This document shows, piece by piece, positions 51,727 to 64,000 of a DNA stretch of 64,000 nt. The stretch is from assembly GCF_030144855.1 (NCBI RefSeq), contig NC_082736.1, forward strand, positions 20,026,001-20,090,000, given 5' to 3'. Every line of letters begins with the position of its first letter. Position 1 is the stretch's first letter. This DNA comes from Hypanus sabinus. Taxonomy: Eukaryota. The notes beneath the pieces were generated by a model. The model was not told the DNA's origin. It did no database searches and saw nothing but the letters and a program-made list of their open reading frames with translations. The position numbers and the translations under genes are program-made.

Positions 51727-52047
<321 letters not shown>

Positions 52048-53824
52048 TCACTCAGGTCGCTGCTCAGTGACAAACCGACTGCTGCTGTCTCCTTTTATAC
52101 ACAGCGCCCCGACCTGCCCGAGAAACGCGCAGAGACAGAGGCGGGGAGGGGAGGAGACAGAGTCAGAGTGACGGTCAGAGCCGAGAGCGGCCTCTCATCG
52201 TCCAGCTCCAACTTCACTTTACCACACCTGCCAATTTCCAACGGTTTATCCGGAACACAGCACTCGAGCGGAAAAAGAAACTCACTCACACACCAAGATA
52301 CACACTGAAGGATTTCTGGAAATTTGTTGATTCTCCTGCTTTAAATCATAGGAAGTGCTTTTCGATTCCGCAAATACGCGAGGAATTCGGTCTGTCCCTC
52401 CCCTGCCCCATGACCAGTGCGAGTGCCCTCACACACAGCAGTTGGTGGCCTAGGGTCCACTCACTTCCAGTGATGAAAGGGTTAATTCATCAGAACAATT
52501 GTTCCTTTGTGTCGCGAGGGAAACGAAAGTCCGGTCACATAAAGTAACAGGATACATAGGCAGATATAAGGATATGTAGACCGCGCTCCTGGCGCCTTCT
52601 AATCCCCAGGTAAAGTGGTGGGGCTTCAGCTACAAGGCCTCTCAAAGGGAAGGTGGAATGGGTACATTGAGAGGGGAATTTTCTTACTGCTACACGGAAG
52701 GGGTTAAACGAGCAGGGATGAAGTCCTACAAAGTGATTTTTGGGAACTCGGAAAAAAGCAGTTCTTCCAGGATTGCAATCTCGGAATTATGCCCCAAACC
52801 ATGTGCTGGTGTACTGACAATTCGATAATGCCTGCACTTTAACATGTTGATGATGATCTGATGCAGGAGTGAGGGCTCAGATTCATGGATCAATGGGCTC
52901 CCTTCCAGGCAGGTGGGAGACCTGGACAAACAAGGCCATTTGCATCTGAACCGGAGGGGAACCAACATCCGCACCAGCAGGTTTGATGGTGTCACTTGGC
53001 AGAGTTTGAATTAGAGTAGCAAGTTGGAGAATGTATGTATGACAAGGCAGTCTGGAAAGAACGAGAGCTAATAAACATGCTGGGACTGATGGGCTGAAAT
53101 GAGTTTATTTCAACATTAGGAGTATTCTGTTGTTGGAGGGATAGGGCTGGCAGCACAACATTCCTGGGTTTCATTGTTTTACATGTGAGTTGGGGTAGGG
53201 TGGTTTAACAGGAGCAGAGGTTCCCCACTGGGAATGTCACAACAAACTGGAAGGCTCATTTGCAGAGGCAATCTGCAGTTACACTGATAGGATTATCATA
53301 TTGGACTCCAATGACCAGTGCGGGGACTTTATCTTCCCTAGAATTGATTGGATCGTGCTTAATACTAAGATGCACAAGATTTCTTCATTGAATCTGAAGA
53401 GTGTTTGAAACATTATGTACAGAGCCCAACCAGAGGAGAGAACAGACAGGAGGGATTAGTTTTGGGAAACGAGCCAGGCCAGCTGACAGCTAAGAGTCAG
53501 TGAATATTCTGGGATCTTACTTTTTTTCTTAGTGATGAGGAAGAATAAAATCAGATCTTGTATGAAGGTACTGAATTGCAGGAGGGCAAGTTAGGACGGA
53601 GTAAGTCAGAAGCCAAGGGGCACTGATTGGGAACAGCCACTGTCAGACAAGACCACATCTGACGAGCGGGAGTTGTTTAAAGACCAGCAGATCTGAGTTT
53701 GAAATTGAGGTACAGGATTTATGCACATTTGGAAAGGCATGGCCTGCTTAGGGACAATCAGCATGGTTTTGTGTGGGCAGATCACGCTTGACAAAATTGA
53801 TTGAGGTTTCGGTGGTGGTGATAC

Positions 53825-54985
53825 AGATTATAAGATACAGGAGTAGAATTAAGCCATTTGGCGTATCGAGTCTGCTCTGTCATTTCATCTTGGCTGATAC
53901 ATTTTTCCTCTCAGCCCCAATCTCCTGCCTTCTCCCTGTATCCCTTCATGTACTGACCAATCAAGAATCCATCAACTTCTGCCTTAAATATACCGAAAGT
54001 CTTGGCCTCCACAGTGCCGCCTGTGGCAATGGATTCAACAGATGCACCACACTCTAAAGAAATTCCTCCTCATCTCCAATCTGAAAGGAAGCCCCTCTCT
54101 TCTGAGGCTGAGTCCTCTGGTCTTAGACACTCCCATCCTCTCCATATCAACTTTATCAAAGCCTTTCACCATTCAATAGGTTTCAACTAGTCATCCCTCA
54201 TTGTTCTAACTTCCAGGGAATAAAGGCCCAGAGCCATCAAACACTCTTCATATGACAAGCTGTTTAATCCTGGAATCATTTTTGAGAATCTCCTTTGAAA
54301 CGCATCCAGTTTCAGCTCATCCTTCCTAAGATAAAGGGCCCAAAACTGCTCCCAATACTCCAAGTGAGAGCTCACCAGTACTTCATAAATCTCAACATTA
54401 CATCCTTGCTTTTATATTCTAGTCCTCTTGAAATGAATGCTAACATCATATTTGCCATCCTCACCACAGACTCAACCTGCAAATTAACCTTTACAGAACC
54501 AGCACAATGACTCCCAAATCCCTCTGCACCTCAATTTTTTGTATCTTCTCTCCATTTAGAAAATAGTCAACCCGAATATCTCTTCAACCGAAGTGCATGA
54601 CCATACACTTCCCAGTTCTGTATTCCGACACTTCTTTGCCTATTCTCTTCATCCGTCTGCCCTTCCCTATTTCCTCAAAAATACCTGCACCTCCACCTGT
54701 CTCTTCATATCATCTGCAAATTTTGCAACAAATCCATCTTCAATTTGGATAGGTATATGGACAGGAGGGGAATGGAGGTTATGGGCTGAGTGCAGGTCGG
54801 TGGGACTAGGTGAGAGTAAGCGTTCGGCACGGACTAAAAGGGCCGAGGTGGCCTGCTGTAATTGTTATATGGTTCTAAGAGACAGGTGGAGGCGCAGGTA
54901 TTTTTGAGGAAATAGGGAAGGACAGGCAGATGAAGAGAATGGGTAAAGAAATCATTGACATATAACGTAAAAAGAATCAGTCCCA
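53825..54985 (-). mobile_element. CR1 3' fragment with a nested CR1 tip
   Basis: SSHLEYWEQFWALYLRKD..QRRFSKMIPGL; 3' UTR at 53830. Confidence 0.75.
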
Positions 54986-55599
54986 ACATCTTGGTGCCTG
55001 ATGAAGGCAAGACTGTGGACATGATCTCTATAGACCTTAGTAAGGCATTTGTAAAAGACCCGTGGGATTCAATATAAATTGCAATTTCAATTCATAAAAT
55101 GTATTCCTCATTGAAGGCAATGTAGGAATGGAAGTCCATGTGCAGAGGTGATCGACAAGGATTGATGCTGGGAATTATGTTGTTTCTGATATATATCAAT
55201 GTTTGGATGAAAATGGTGATGGGTGGTTTACAAGTTTACATGTGACAGCAAGATTGGTGGAATTCTGGACAGTGTAAATATTGATCAATGCACACAGTGG
55301 GACACAGATCACAAACATATGCTGAGAAATTGCAGAAGGAACTTAATCTGGGAGGGAATGTGGTATGGCACTTTGGGAGATCAAATGAAAGAAGAAAGTA
55401 TAATGTTAATGACTGACCCCTTCACAACATTGGTGAAAAGAGTGATCTTGGGATCCAGGCAGATAGTTCACAGAACGTGGCTACACAATGGGATAAGGTG
55501 TACAGAATGCTGGTCCCCACTGGTCAGAGTGTTGAGTATAAGAGCAAGGGAGTCCTGTATTAAGACAGGCATACAAACGTACAGGGAATGGACCATGTC

Positions 55600-56312
55600 C
55601 AGGTAGGTCAACTTTTGGCAGTGTGAAGGATAAAAGGGATCTTGTGGTCTGAGTCCACAGGATGCTCAAAGCAGCTGCACAGGTTGACTCCGCGGTTAAG
55701 AAGGCAAATGGTGTATTGGCCTTCATCAATCGTGGGAATGAATTTAGGAGCCGAGAGGTAATGTTGCAGCTTTTCCCGACCATGGTCAGACCCCACTTGG
55801 GGTACTGTGCTCAGTTCTGGTTGCCTCACTACAGGAAGTATATGCAAGCCATAGAAAGGGTGCAGAGGAGATTTACAAGGATGTTGCCTGGAATGGGGAG
55901 CATGCCTTATGAGAATAGGTTGACTCAACTTGGCCTTTTCTCCTTGGAGCGAAGGAGGATGAGAGCTGACCTGATAGAGATGTACAAGATGATGTGAGGA
56001 ATTGAGACTTTTTCCTAGGGCTGAAATGGTTGCCACAAGAGGACACAGGTTTAAGGTGCTGGTCAGTAGATACAGAGGAAATGCCAGGGGTAAGTTTTTT
56101 TACTCAGAGATTGGTGAGTGTGTGGAATGGGCTGCCAGCAATGGTGGTGGAGGCGGATACGATCGGGTCTTTTAAGAAGCTTTTAGATAGCTACATGGAG
56201 CTTAGTAAAATAGTGGGATATAGGTAAGCCTGGTAATTTCTGAGGTAGGGACATGTTCGGCACAACATTGTGGGCTGAAGGGCCTCTGTGGTGCTGTAGG
56301 TTTTTTTGTTTC
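55600..56312 (+). mobile_element. CR1 3' fragment, same subfamily as 22975-23635
   Basis: AAAQVDSAVKKANGVLAFINRG..VQRRFTRMLPG. Confidence 0.85.
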
Positions 56313-56319
56313 TGACTGA

Positions 56320-56796
56320 ACTGAACTCCAAGGGTATTCAGTGACTTGGAAATTTTCTTGCATCAATCTCCTGATGTACTTTTCAATAAGCTTTTTGCAG
56401 AGCTGCTAGGAGTGTTCTTTTGTCTTCATGGTGTAGTCTTTGCCGGGATACTGACTACCAATAATTGTAATTTTATTACAATCAATTGAAACACCTTGAC
56501 TGCACATGGTGATCTCCATTTAACTGATAAGGTAACTCCTAAAACCAAGTGGCTGCACCAGTGATGATTTGGTGTGTTATATTAAAGGGGGTGAATACGT
56601 ATACAGACAATTATTTTGTGTTTTATATCTGTAATTAATTTAGAGCACTTTGTAGAGATCTGTTTTCACTTTGACACAAGAGACTTCTTCTGTTGATCAG
56701 TAAAAAAAAAGCCAAATTTAATCCGCTGTGATTCAATATTGTAAAACAATAAAACATGAAAACTTCCAAGGGGCATGAATACTTTTCATAGGCACC
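56320..56796 (-). mobile_element. Tc1-like non-autonomous remnant
   Basis: Repeated GGGGTGAATAC / GGCATGAATACTTTTCATAGGCAC terminal direct repeats of the IR/DR type. Confidence 0.6.
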
Positions 56797-57589
56797 TTAC
56801 ATGTAGGGACAGTGATGAGAAAGGGGGCGGGAAAGAAGACACAGGGAAGACTGGTCTCAGGATCCTCAGGTGTTCCTCCCGATGGGATAAAACACAAAAG
56901 GGGAAATATCAAAGTGAGATGAGAATGGAGCTGTGATTGTCATGAGAGATTTAATCAGAAGCAGATTGGAGTACTGCTGCATCGAGTAACGTTGCTCTGA
57001 GAGCTGCAAAAACCATGATCTGCTGGTGGCAACCCATTCCAACTGAGTTTCCCATTCACATACCGGCATATCGGTGCCTTACAGCTGTCTTAACCGGTGA
57101 TGGGGTGGTAATGGGACAAGCTCCCACTTCCCATTAAATGCTGTCAATGGTGTGTGCCTCAAATTGCCTCCGTCAGCTAAATACAGCTCCTGACTTTAAC
57201 ATTTGGCTTAGCTACTAAGCCCAACTGAACTGCTTCTAGTGTCGGGGGAAGGTGCAAATAGGTTTACTAGCATCATATAACCAACTGCTATGGGCAGATG
57301 GGCTCGTCAACCATCCTTGGCAGCTCATCTAGTGGAAGGAAAACCCTGACCTCAAACCTGGACCCTGGTGTTCACACTCAATCTGTGGTCTGGAGTTCTC
57401 CCTCATTGTGATCACTTCTTCAGGGATCCTTCACCACAAGATCTCTCTGTAATCCCACCTCATTACACAGATTATATCTGAAATGTCCTGTTCCTGGGTA
57501 AGATACTGCTGTAAGAAACTGTCTCTGACCACTCCACAAATTCCTCTTCCACTGTACCAGTTTGATTAGTTTAATCAATACACAGACTG

Positions 57590-58095
57590 AAGCAAACACA
57601 CATAAAATGCTGGAGGAACTCAGCAAACAGTCGACATTTCGGGCTGAGAACCTTCATCAGGATGAGACAGAAAGGGACAAAAGCCAGAATAAGGTGGTGG
57701 GGGAGGGGGAGGAGGACATGTGAGTGGGGGGGGGGGTGTGGTTTCTGGAGGGATAAGGATGTGAGGAGCTGGGTGACAGGCAGAAAAGGCAAAGAGAGGA
57801 AGAGAAAATAATCTAATAGGTCAGAATGTTGGACCACGGGATGACATGAAGGAACTGGAGAACCTAGGAGAGATGATGGGCAGGTCATAAGGGCGTGTGA
57901 GGAGAAGTGAAGGGGTTAACTGGCAACAGAATGGGGGAAAAGAAGTGGAATTGGGGGAAAACAGAGTGCAGTGATATCCGGAATTTGGAGAAATCAATGT
58001 TCATGTCATCAGGATTGGAGGCTACACAGTCAGAATACACAGCCTGTATTTGGCCTCATCGCGGGAAGAGAGAAGGCTCGAGACAGACATGTTGG
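57590..58095 (-). mobile_element. Penelope-like 3' fragment with a hammerhead motif at 57629-57664
   Basis: CTGATGAAGGTTCTCAGCCCGAAATGTCGAC on the minus strand; purine-rich tract. Confidence 0.65.
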
Positions 58096-58789
58096 TGATG
58101 GCCCTCTGCTGGTCAGGGTTGACCATGGATATTGTACCCTCACTGTGAAAGTCAATAAGCAAGCCAGGGTAGTACAATAGGTAAAGCAAGCTGTTGCCCA
58201 TGCAGTAGCTCCTGCTCACCATGCAGTTGATGAATCCTGAGCAACAACCGATGGAGTCAGGCACCTGAGTGGTCGCATGATTATCAGCCTGCATTGAACA
58301 TAGGATCGACAGGGAATTAGTGTTCACAGTGGGGACACAACAAATATCCCACAAATACCTGATGGTGACATTTCAACATTGTGCAATAATGTGTAATAAC
58401 CGCCATCACGAGGGGGAAGCTAACAGGACAAAAAGCAAACATTACCAGGTCCCAACGACCGGCACTGAAGCCTGGAGAGAAAGTAGAGACACTGAAGTCT
58501 GTCAAAACTCACTGTGTTACAGAAAGGTCCCAGTGGAGTTGAAAACCATTGTTGAAGAAGGGTGGAAGATCAAAAGCAGGTGAGTGTAGTCCAGTTAACT
58601 TCACTTCAGCTACTGGAGTCTATAATCTGTGAAGAAATAACAAGTCATTTGGAAAAGTCTAATGCATTGAACTAAGTCAACAGGGTTTACAGTCAGATTC
58701 ACACAGCACAGATATGAACCCCTCAGCTCAAAAGGTCCACGATGACCAAAGTTCCCATCTGAGCTTGTGGTCTGTAACCCCCCTCGCCA

Positions 58790-61700
58790 CCACATTATGA
58801 ACAAGGCTATCCTCCTCCTTGTCCCATTTCCCTGCAATTAGCCCATATCCTTCAAAACCTTTCCTTTCCATCTACCTGTCCAAGTACCTTTTTAATGTAC
58901 CTGACTCAAACACTCCCCTTGACAGCTCATTCCATTTACCGATCAGCCTGTATGTGGAAAAGTTGCCCTTCAGGTTCCTATTAAATCTCATCTCAAACCA
59001 ATGCCCCCAGTTCTTGATTCCCCTACCCTGGCAAAAAGTCTGTTATCTTTGACCCAACCTAGGCCCCTTATAATTTTATACACCTCTGCAATATCGCCAC
59101 TCATTCTCCAACATTCCAAGGAAAATTGTCCAAAACAGTTTCCACAGATCAGACCTTTGAGATCCAGTAACATACCCGTAAAACTCCTCTGCACTTTTTC
59201 CAGCTCAATGGTGCCTGTCATATAGCATGGTCACAAAAACTAAACACTATTTATGAAGTGCAGCCAAACCAACGTGTTGTACAACTGCACCATTTCATCC
59301 CAGCTTCTATATTCGGTGCCCTGACTGAAGGCCAGTGTTCCAAAAGCCTCTTCACCACCCTGTCCATCTGGAACCTGGATTTTGTCCCTGTAACCTGGGT
59401 TACTGAATGTTAAGTCATGTTTGACAAACATACTAGAGATGTGAGACTTTACAGGGGAAGTTGGAGAAGTTGTAATTTTGGATTTTCAGGAGCCATTTGC
59501 CAAGGTGCCACATGAAAGGCTGGTGCACAAGACCAGATCTCCGTACTGGGAAGGAGGTGTGTTAATATTGACTGAAGACTGGTTATCATACTGAGACAGA
59601 ATAACAGGTCTGTTTCAGGCTGGGGTGACATAACTACTGGAGTGTCCCAGCAACCTATTTTGGACCCTCCATTACTTACTATTGATATTAATGACCTGGA
59701 GGAGTGGCAGAGAGTGAGGAATCCATGATTGTCAATGATGGGGAATGGGGTATGGGCATGTTCTGATTGGACATTTGGTCTCTCCAACAGGATATGGGGA
59801 AGCTGGTGAGTAGAATACTTGGTAAATGGAATTTAATGTATTAAGTGTGATGATGTGGTAGGAGGAATCAAAATTCACTACTATTTATGTGGAGATAAAT
59901 TGTAAATGAGAGAAATAGAGAGTGGTCGAGGTGCTGCCTGCAAAACAAAATAGAGACGTGTGCAGTGAGGGGTTCATAAGACCATATATGACCAAGGTTC
60001 AGAGGTGAATGGTTCATTGACATTTATTGCTGGGGCATTAGTGCAGAGAAACAGAGAAGAGTTGTTACAGTGTCAAATAAACACACAATGACGGATTTTG
60101 GGAAGTTAAAGAAGGTCAGGACATACCCAGTGAATGGCAGGGTCCTGCAGAGCGCTAATGAAAAGATAAACCTGAGGCACAGGTACACAGTTCCCGGAAA
60201 GTGCCAACACATGTAGACCAAGTGGTGAAGAAGGTGCACGACATGCTTACCTTCATTGGCAAAGGCTTTGAGAGGAGTTGGGACATCACGTTACAGTTGT
60301 ACAAATCAATAATTAAACCACACCAGAAGTACCCTGTGCAGTTCTGTTCACCACGAGAGGAAGGATGTGATTAAGCTGGAAAGGTGCAGAAATGATTCAC
60401 AGGACTGTTACCTGTACTGGGGGATTGAGTTACAAGGAACGATCAGACCGACTGGGCTGTTTTCCCTGGAGTGAAGGAGGCTGAGGGGAGACCTGACAGA
60501 AGTTTTTAAAACTATGAGAGGTGCAGACAAGGTAGACAGTCAGAATCACTTCCCCAGGTTAGAAATATCAAATATGAGAAGGCACAGCTTTAAAATGCCA
60601 AGGTGAGAATTTAAAGGTGGATTTCAGGGCAGGTAAGATTTCTGTTTCTGTACAGAGAGTGGTGAGGGCTGGGTTTGGGCTGCCATGGGGAGTAGTGGAA
60701 GCAGATACGATAATGACATTTAACAGGGTTTTAGATAAGCCATGAATATTCAGAGGATTGAAGCACATGAATTATACGCAGGCTGAAGAGATTTAGTTTC
60801 ACTTGGCATCGCGTTCAGCACAGACATCATGCGAAGAAGGGCCTGTTCCTGTGCTGTACTGTTCTGTGTTCTCAGTGAGCCTCAGTGACGGGGGAGTCTT
60901 TAGCCGGGGTCACAGACAGGCGTATCTGTGGCAAGGAGAGAGACTGCAGGATGGTGCATTACCTCCCTGGTACCAGGGCCAAGGATGTAACTGAACAAGT
61001 ACAGGCCATTCTGAAAGAGCAGGGTGAGCAGCCAGGGGACGTGTCCATATCGGTTCTAACAAAAGAGACAAAGTCCTGCAAAGAGACTTAGGGAGTTCAG
61101 GAAAAAGTTAAGCAGAGTCTCTTGAGGGGGTGGTGGGGTTAATCCCAGTGTCACCTGCTAGCGAGGGAAGAAATAAAAAGGTGGTACAGTTTTATGTGTG
61201 GCTAACAAGCTGGTGCACGTTAGTTACATGGGTAATTGAGTTTTTTTCAGGAGAGGCGATGGGAAGAGTTGACAAATAGACAAATTACTGTGTCTCAGTA
61301 GCACTACAAGTGTACAGATAAACAAATATTAGAAGTAAGAGAAAGAATGAAAAGTTACCACAAACAGTCTGACATGAGGGGTGTCATCACTTCCCCGGCT
61401 ACAGATTACAGAGCCGGGGGTCAGAATGACTTCATACAGCGCTCCTTGGACCAGCGCAGTGGTGTTAGCCTGTTACTGAAGATGCTCCTCCGTTCAGCCA
61501 AGGAGGCATGCAGAGGGTGAGAAACATTGTCCAGAATTGTCCGCCTGGTCTTTTGTTCCACCATGGCCTCCAGTGTGTCTAGTTTCACTCCAATAATAGA
61601 GCCAGCCTTTCAAATCAGTTTATTATCAGATGGCATCATCCATGTTGATGCCACTGGCCCAGTACACCACTGAATAGTTAGGCCATGTTAAGGAACACAG

Positions 61701-63440
61701 GGGCACCAAGGGTCAGAAGTGTGTTTGTATCAGTGCCGGGTGTGGAACAGTTAATGCAGACGTACTTAGAGTCTGAATTAGTACATGGCACGGAGATTCA
61801 GCCATTACAGAGAAGGGTAGGACTGGAAGCTAAACATTCCAGGATTCAGATTCAGACAGTCCAGAGGGAAGTGAATGAGGTTGGGGAGCTGTACTGCTGA
61901 TCAGGCAGAATGTCACAAATTCAAGGTCATCCCGGAGGCTCATCCAGTGAGACCATGTGGGTGGAACTCAGGAATGAGAAAGGTGAAATCACTTTGATGG
62001 GATTATACTGCAGGGCTCCCGATAACCAGTAAGAGCAAGGAACAGATATTTTGGCAGGTTATGGACTGATGTAAAAACAACAGAATATCTATAGTGAATA
62101 AACTCCCCAGAGTGACTGGGACTCCCTTATCATCTGAGACTTGATTGGGGCATTATTTGTTAAGTGTTTTCAGTAAGGTTTCCTGAAACAGTATGTAGAT
62201 GGTCCACCAGGAGGGAGACTTTCTTGACTTTGCCTTGGGAAATAAGGGACTCACCAGATTGTGGTATGAACAACCAGTGTTCAGAGAGGAATTAGACAGG
62301 TCATTCAGTGGAAGTAACCTGCAGAGCTGCGGCAAAGAGTGGGGAATGGGACTGTGGAAATGTTGTAGCAGGAGTTGGTATAAACTTGATGGTCAAATAG
62401 TCCAGATCATCCCAGAATGATCCTATAGTCTGAAAAAATTATTCTAGTCTCCAGTGAAACTTCTAAGCTCCTGGTTGGACAAGATCAATTGTGTAATAAG
62501 GAAATACGTCTGTAAAATCACTGACACCATATTCCAAGCACACCGAGCTGCCAGAGCACAGCAGTGGCCAGTGAGGACACAGACCAGTACAACACCCGAC
62601 TCTCTAATACAAAGTTCAATGCTGAAAGTAAATGCATTATCAAAATACATTTCTGTCATCATATGCAACCCCGGGATTTATTTTCTTTTGGGCATACTGT
62701 TGGTTTGTTAGAGTTGTTGGGCAGGGTATAAACTAATTTGGCAGGGGCGTGAGAACTGGCGTGAAAGGACTCAGGATAGTACAGATGGTAAAGAAAGAAA
62801 AGATAGAATGCAGTCACACTGTCAGGAAGAGCGAGCAGATAATCGGACATAACTGCGGCCAGCAGAGGGATGCAGAATCAATAAGGGAAGCAAATCCAAT
62901 ACTTGTAGTGTTATACATCAATGCACAGAGTATAAAAAATAAGGTGGATAATCTTATTGCCCTGTTACGGATTGTCATGTATAATGTGATTATCACGGAA
63001 TCAGAGATGAAAATATTTATAGTTGAGAGCTAAATGCCCAATTTGACATATCAGAGGGCCAGGAAGGTAGGCAATGGGGATAGCACAGCTCTGCTGGTAA
63101 AGAATGGTATCAAATCAGTAGGAAGATGAGCCATAAGATCGGAAGATGTTGAATCATTGTGAGTAGAGTTAAAAAAAGGTTCACAAAAATTATCCTGGCA
63201 ATAAAAGGGTTAATGATCAACGATTGTTTGATGGATTTGGGCCTGTACTCTCTGGACTTTAGAAGAATGATGGAATCTCATTGAAACCGATCACATATTG
63301 AAAGGTCTAGAATAGAGTGGGGAGGGTATTTCCGATAGTGGGGCAGTCTAGGACCACAGGGTACAGCCTCATAATATTAGCACATAACATTAGAACAAAG
63401 ATATGGAGTAATTTCCTTAGTAAAGGGTAGTGAGTCTGTG
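58790..63440. mobile_element. Nested degenerate CR1 and Rex1-like fragments
   Basis: ELEKVQRSFTGML (59200), CR1 3' end at 60100-60870, VLYINAQSIKNK endonuclease start (62910). Confidence 0.55.
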
Positions 63441-63449
63441 CTGCCTATG

Positions 63450-64000
63450 TTAGGACGTTGTTCATTGACCAGAGCTCAGCGATTAACACCATCATTCCCA
63501 CAGTCCTGATCAATAAGTTACGGGACCTGGTCTCTCTGCAATTGGATCCTCAACTTCCAAACTGGGAGACCACAGTCTGTGCAGACTGGTGATAAAACGG
63601 GCTAACCCCTATTGACATCAATGGATCTGGGGTTGGGAGGCTAAACTGCTTTAAGTTCCTCGGCATCAACATACCCGAGGATCTCATGTGGTCTGTACGT
63701 ACCTGCTGAGTGGTGAAAAAGTCATAGCAGTGTCTCTTTCACTTCAGATGACTCAGGAAGTTTGCTATGGGCCCCCAAATCCTAAGAACTTTCTACAAGG
63801 GCTCAATTGGGAGCATCCCGACAGGCTGCATTACTGCCTGGTACAGGAATTGTACCTCCGTTAATCACAGGACAGACCAGCACATTTGTAGTTGTGAACT
63901 TCCCATGATTCAGGACATTTACAAAGACCGGTGTGATATCATTGTGGACCCGAGTCACTTCAAGCACAATCTATTACAGCAGTAACCATCCGGGAAACGG
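63450..64000 (+). mobile_element. Rex1/Babar-like LINE fragment
   Basis: FKFLGINI.EDL.W, ILRTFYKGSIGSI.TGCITAWY. Confidence 0.7.

Overview
Nuclear DNA of a cartilaginous fish, probably a ray (inferred from the mtDNA-like sequence and the repeat families). Bases 1-~5020 are a minus-strand mitochondrial segment (ND2 5' half, trnM, trnQ, trnI, ND1, trnL, 16S, trnV, 12S, trnF, part of the control region). It has frameshifts and is joined to nuclear DNA, so it is most likely a NUMT. The rest is TE-dense (CR1, Rex1-like, Nimb/I-like, Penelope-like, Tc1, Gypsy) and holds a largely decaying replication-dependent histone cluster at 25.5-52.3 kb: one canonical H3, two H2B ORFs, a truncated H1, H4/H3/H2A pseudogenes, and orphan promoters and 3' signals. 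There is also a C2H2 zinc-finger pseudogene and an orphan CpG-rich promoter. Most notable: (1) a very young 2.0-kb Gypsy mini-element with identical LTRs, a tRNA-Trp PBS and one intact gag-N::integrase fusion ORF lacking PR/RT; (2) a 45-bp 16S mtDNA patch inside a Tc1 deletion beside the NUMT, plus two other templated insertions; (3) an old inverted segmental duplication (~9-26.5 kb vs ~51-61 kb); (4) minimal hammerhead-ribozyme motifs in Penelope-derived repeats. All alignments were done by eye and TE boundaries are approximate.
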